A DNA stretch of 63,985 bases, filler included, from Pelomyxa schiedti (lineage: Eukaryota; Protista; Evosea): the NCBI GenBank assembly GCA_020536535.1. It is 9 parts of 9 records of this genome, joined end to end, with 100 filler letters (N's around TTAATTAATTAA, not from the genome) between each part and the next. Parts side by side here need not be neighbours in the genome. Positions count along the whole stretch, not along the records: positions 60,650 to 62,875 come from JAHLWZ010000078.1; positions 62,976 to 63,985 come from JAHLWZ010003010.1; 7 more parts are not named here. One strand, 5' to 3'. The translations under genes were made by a program, and so were the position numbers. Positions 60,650-63,985 of this stretch are shown here, in pieces; position 1 is the first letter of the stretch; each line of letters opens with the position of its first letter. Under the pieces are notes generated by a model. It saw only the letters and a program-made list of their open reading frames with translations, ran no database searches and was not told the origin of the DNA.

Positions 60650-62090
60650 GGGGTGCAGTTGGTGCTGCTGACACTGACGCACGACATGAGGTGGTGGGTG
60701 GAAGTCTGTGCCGACGGCCTTCTCGGCGCGAACCAGGACTTTTTGGTCCTGCGAAGAACGGAGGCGCTTTTCTTATTGCAGGACAGGGTGACTGGCCAGA
60801 GGGTGCCTCTGTTTGAGAACAAGAAGGGAAGGGGTTTTGATAGTGTGGCCACTAACGGGAAGTGGTTTGTTGGATGCCAACGACAAGGGAAGATGCTTGT
60901 TGTTAAGATTCCACAGAAGAACCCCTCAGGTTCCAAAACAGCCATCAGGAAGCCAACAGTTGTTTCTTTTGATAAGAGGTGGAGGGCATGTATTCCCAGA
61001 TGTGGAATCAATGAGGACCACCTGTTACTTCGCTGTCATGGCTTCTCCAACTTTTTTAAGTTTGTTCTTGTGGACCTTTTGCAAACGTATACATCAAACA
61101 AATTGGTTGTGCTGAGTTCATCTGTGCCGAGGTTGGAGGCCACACACCCTATTGTACTTGGACGTGGCCTGCTAATTTGCAATCCAGTTTATTCATTCAG
61201 AAAAGAGAATGGCTCTCATTCGTTTGTGCTGGGACATTATATTCCTTCAGCTTTTTCTCGTGGTGTGCCTGATTTCATGACATTTGAGGAGGGAACTGGG
61301 GGAAAGCCGCAACCAACCTTCCCATCGGCCAAACCATTTCATCTATTTCATGAAGGATGGCTTCAACAACTGGATAAGTCACAGTTCTGTGCTTTTTCTG
61401 CTGATGTTGATGCCTACGAAGTGTGGAATCTGAATGACACAACAAGGCCAGTCAGGAAGCAGAAATTCCTGAGTGGCTGTGCAAAGGATGCTTTCATTGA
61501 GGGGGGACTTCTGTTCCAAGTGAGTGAGTCACTCAAAGAGATACACGTGACTGAGGAATCCTCTGGTGTCCACATCATCACTTTCAATTTGTTCAGACCC
61601 TTGANNNNNNNNNNNNNNNNNNNNNNNNNNNNNNNNNNNNNNNNNNNNNNNNNNNNNNNNNNNNNNNNNNNNNNNNNNNNNNNNNNNNNNNNNNNNNNNN
61701 NNNNGTGGTGTGCCTGATTTCATGACATTTGAGGAGGGAACTGGGGGAAAGCCGCAACCAACCTTCCCATCGGCCAAACCATTTCATCTATTTCATGAAG
61801 GATGGCTTCAACAACTGGATAAGTCGCAGTTCTGTGCTTTTTCTGCTGATGTTGATGCCTACGAAGTGTGGAATCTGAATGACACAACAAGGCCAGTCAG
61901 GAAGCAGAAATTCCTGAGTGGCTGTGCAAAGGATGCTTTCGTTGAGGGGGGACTTCTGTTCCAAGTGAGTGAGTCACTCAAAGAGATACACGTGACTGAG
62001 GAATCCTCTGGTACCCACATCATCACTTTCAATTTGTTCAGACCCTTTATGGGTCTTTGGCACCATTTTTCCTTCCCTCTCTCTGAATGA
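60650..62090 (+). CDS. RCG-motif family protein, 5' partial (spans gap with duplicated flanks)
   Basis: Near-identical N-terminal part to the 62256 gene; TNGKWFV, FVLVDLLQTY, YEVWNLNDTTRPV, EGGLLF, IHVTEESSG. Confidence 0.75.
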
Positions 62091-62255
62091 ACTAACCACG
62101 GCAACCCTCAAGAAGTTCATACTTTGTGACAAGGTTTTTTCTTACGAGGTTTTTAGCCACCAAACCAAAACAATCTAACTGGATGTTTAATTCTGCATCA
62201 CTGTGGCATCAAAATTTGATTTTGATAAAAACAGAGGGAAACATCGAGACGAACC

Positions 62256-62875
62256 ATGGACCGTCAACCATTGCGTGATGTATCTGGGGCCTTGGCACCT
62301 GCATCACCACAACCACAACGGCGGCAAGTGGGCAACGTAGTGACCGCGGCGCCGACGGTGATGGTGGTGGTAACAAACGACAAGGCCGGTTCCGGCGACG
62401 CAGCGCCAACAAAGGCGATGAGGACACGCACCACGATGAGGGAACAGGTGTGGGCACTGGCGACAGGGACGCACCCTCGGTGTGGCGCGAGGTGCCCGCT
62501 GTGGCTGCTGTCACCAATTATGGGTGGCGGTGGCGACGGCGACGGCGCCGGGGCGCTGGTGGTGAGGATTCTGTGGGGGTGGCTGCGGGAAACATCGAGG
62601 TTCTACTGTGTCATGTGGGGCAACTATCTTGGGGAGGTGGTGATGATCACGTTCGGGGTGCAGTTGGTGCTGCTGACACTGACGCACGACATGAGGTGGT
62701 GGGTCGAGGGCTGTGCTGAGGAGCTTATTGGTGCGAACCAGGACTTTTTGGTAGTGCGAAGAATGGAAGTGCTTTTCTTATTGCAGGACAGGGTGACTGG
62801 CCAGAGGGTGCCTTTGTTGGAGTACAAGAAGGGGAGGGGATGTTCTTGTGTGGCGACCAATGGGAAATGGTTTGT
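62256..62875 (+). CDS. RCG-motif family protein, 3' partial
   Basis: EQVWALATGTHPRCGARCPLWLL..LVVRILWGWL. Confidence 0.75.
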
Positions 62876-63184
62876 NNNNNNNNNNNNNNNNNNNNNNNNN
62901 NNNNNNNNNNNNNNNNNNNTTAATTAATTAANNNNNNNNNNNNNNNNNNNNNNNNNNNNNNNNNNNNNNNNNNNNGCTGGCACCACTAGAGCAATTAAAA
63001 TCTGTAAACGAGGGGGCCTTCAAATCAGATGACATGGTGCTTTACCAGCTTTGGCAAATCAGGCAGTTTGACAGTGCTGAAGAATTGACCTCCTGGTGGA
63101 GCACAATCCTCCCCCGCAGATTCTGGACATCTCCATTGTGTGCCAACCTCAGCAAATCCCCCAATCCCTTTTTGTCGAAAAAGA

Positions 63185-63985
63185 ATGTCGTTCTCAGCAA
63201 GCATCCAAGTTGTTGTTGACGGACGATCGCAGTTTGTTGCGTTTGCGAGTTCGTCGATCGAGAGGTGTGGTGTTGCGAGTGCCGCCAAGTCGCTGTCACA
63301 ATCGGGCGCTGTGCGAGTCGTTCGGCCGCGACTGGGTCGCCGGCTGCCTCTACCAAGTCGGTGCCACGGCCACGGCCGCGGAAGTGTGCCGAGGGGCGGT
63401 CGCGTCGACCGACGGGGAGGAGGAGGGCGTGCACGTGTTCATGGGCCTGAGCGCCACCCTCGGCGTCGTGTGGTCCACGTGCCCCGCGGTCCGCGGGTTG
63501 GTCCTCGGCGACGGCACGTCCGCGGGCGTCGACCGCGTGGCGGCGTGCTTGGGCGACACATACAACAACAACAACCACAACAACAACAACGGCAACGGCG
63601 GAGGCAGGTTCGTGGCGGCATCCACGTGCATGGCCACCGTGCTCGACGCCGCGGGGAAGGCCGTGACTGTGCTGGCCGACACCGAGGGCGACGAGATGAA
63701 CTGGTACCCTGAGGGGTTCTGGGTCGGCAACAGCAGGTGGCTTGTGTTTGTTGGCCACCCTGTGTTGCACACGCGGCTCTTTGTGTGGAGGATGGTGGGT
63801 GGCGGTGGTGGTGGTGTGCCTGTGGGCGCTGGCGTGAGGGTGAAGTTGTGTGTTCCGCTCAATAGGAAAGGGGCTGGCTTCTCCAGGTTCAACCCTTGCA
63901 GTGACGAGCTTGTTTTTGTTGGTGGTGAATGTCCAAAGGGCAGTGAGGGTGAGGGCGCAAAGGGTGAAGGTGCAGCAAGTGAGGC
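63185..63985 (+). pseudogene. RCG-motif family gene with frameshift near 63305, 3' partial
   Basis: RSQFVAFASSSIERCGVASAAKSLS, then LCESFGRDWV..GLSATLGVV..VGNSRWLV in another frame. Confidence 0.6.

Noticed and set aside
61260-62050. About 345-bp internal duplication in an RCG gene
   Set aside because: It flanks a 100-N gap and has only a few substitutions; most likely haplotypes or collapsed paralogs.
19810-62975. Recurring TTAATTAATTAA palindrome
   Set aside because: It is always centred in 100-bp N spacers, so it is an artificial contig linker. Adjacency across these points has no biological meaning.

Overview
This is eukaryotic DNA with many short GT-AG introns. It is a concatenation of 9 contigs joined by N44-TTAATTAATTAA-N44 linkers, with 7 internal 100-N gaps. 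The gene families resemble what I recall from the archamoeba Pelomyxa; that assignment is an unverified inference. The first contig (1-19.8 kb) is gene-dense and mostly intron-rich. It holds a GBD-like/ZZ-finger protein, a CAMK-like pseudokinase, a cpRas-like Ras-ZnF-vWA protein whose Ras domain is not permuted, a zf-4CXXC_R1 (CDCA7-like) protein, an RSRC2-like gene, a RING-F-box-WD40 protein, a bacterial-type PAT/ArsN1-like acetyltransferase with one intron, an ankyrin-like repeat protein and an SLC35B-type transporter. The rest is accessory and repeat-rich. It contains Ty3/Gypsy elements (TG..CA LTRs, a tRNA-Ala-type PBS, PPTs, solo LTRs with 4-bp TSDs), an intron-containing hAT remnant, and an intron-containing IS630/Tc1-like DD38E transposase with a partner gene between 121-bp inverted repeats. 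The main candidate novelty is a family of 14 nearly intronless, highly divergent genes. They share an N-terminal 'Q-h-x-A-h...(HP)RCG..SP...W' module and a beta-rich body, and often lie head-to-head or in tandem. The same module is fused to the pseudokinase. Exon boundaries were read by eye and are approximate.
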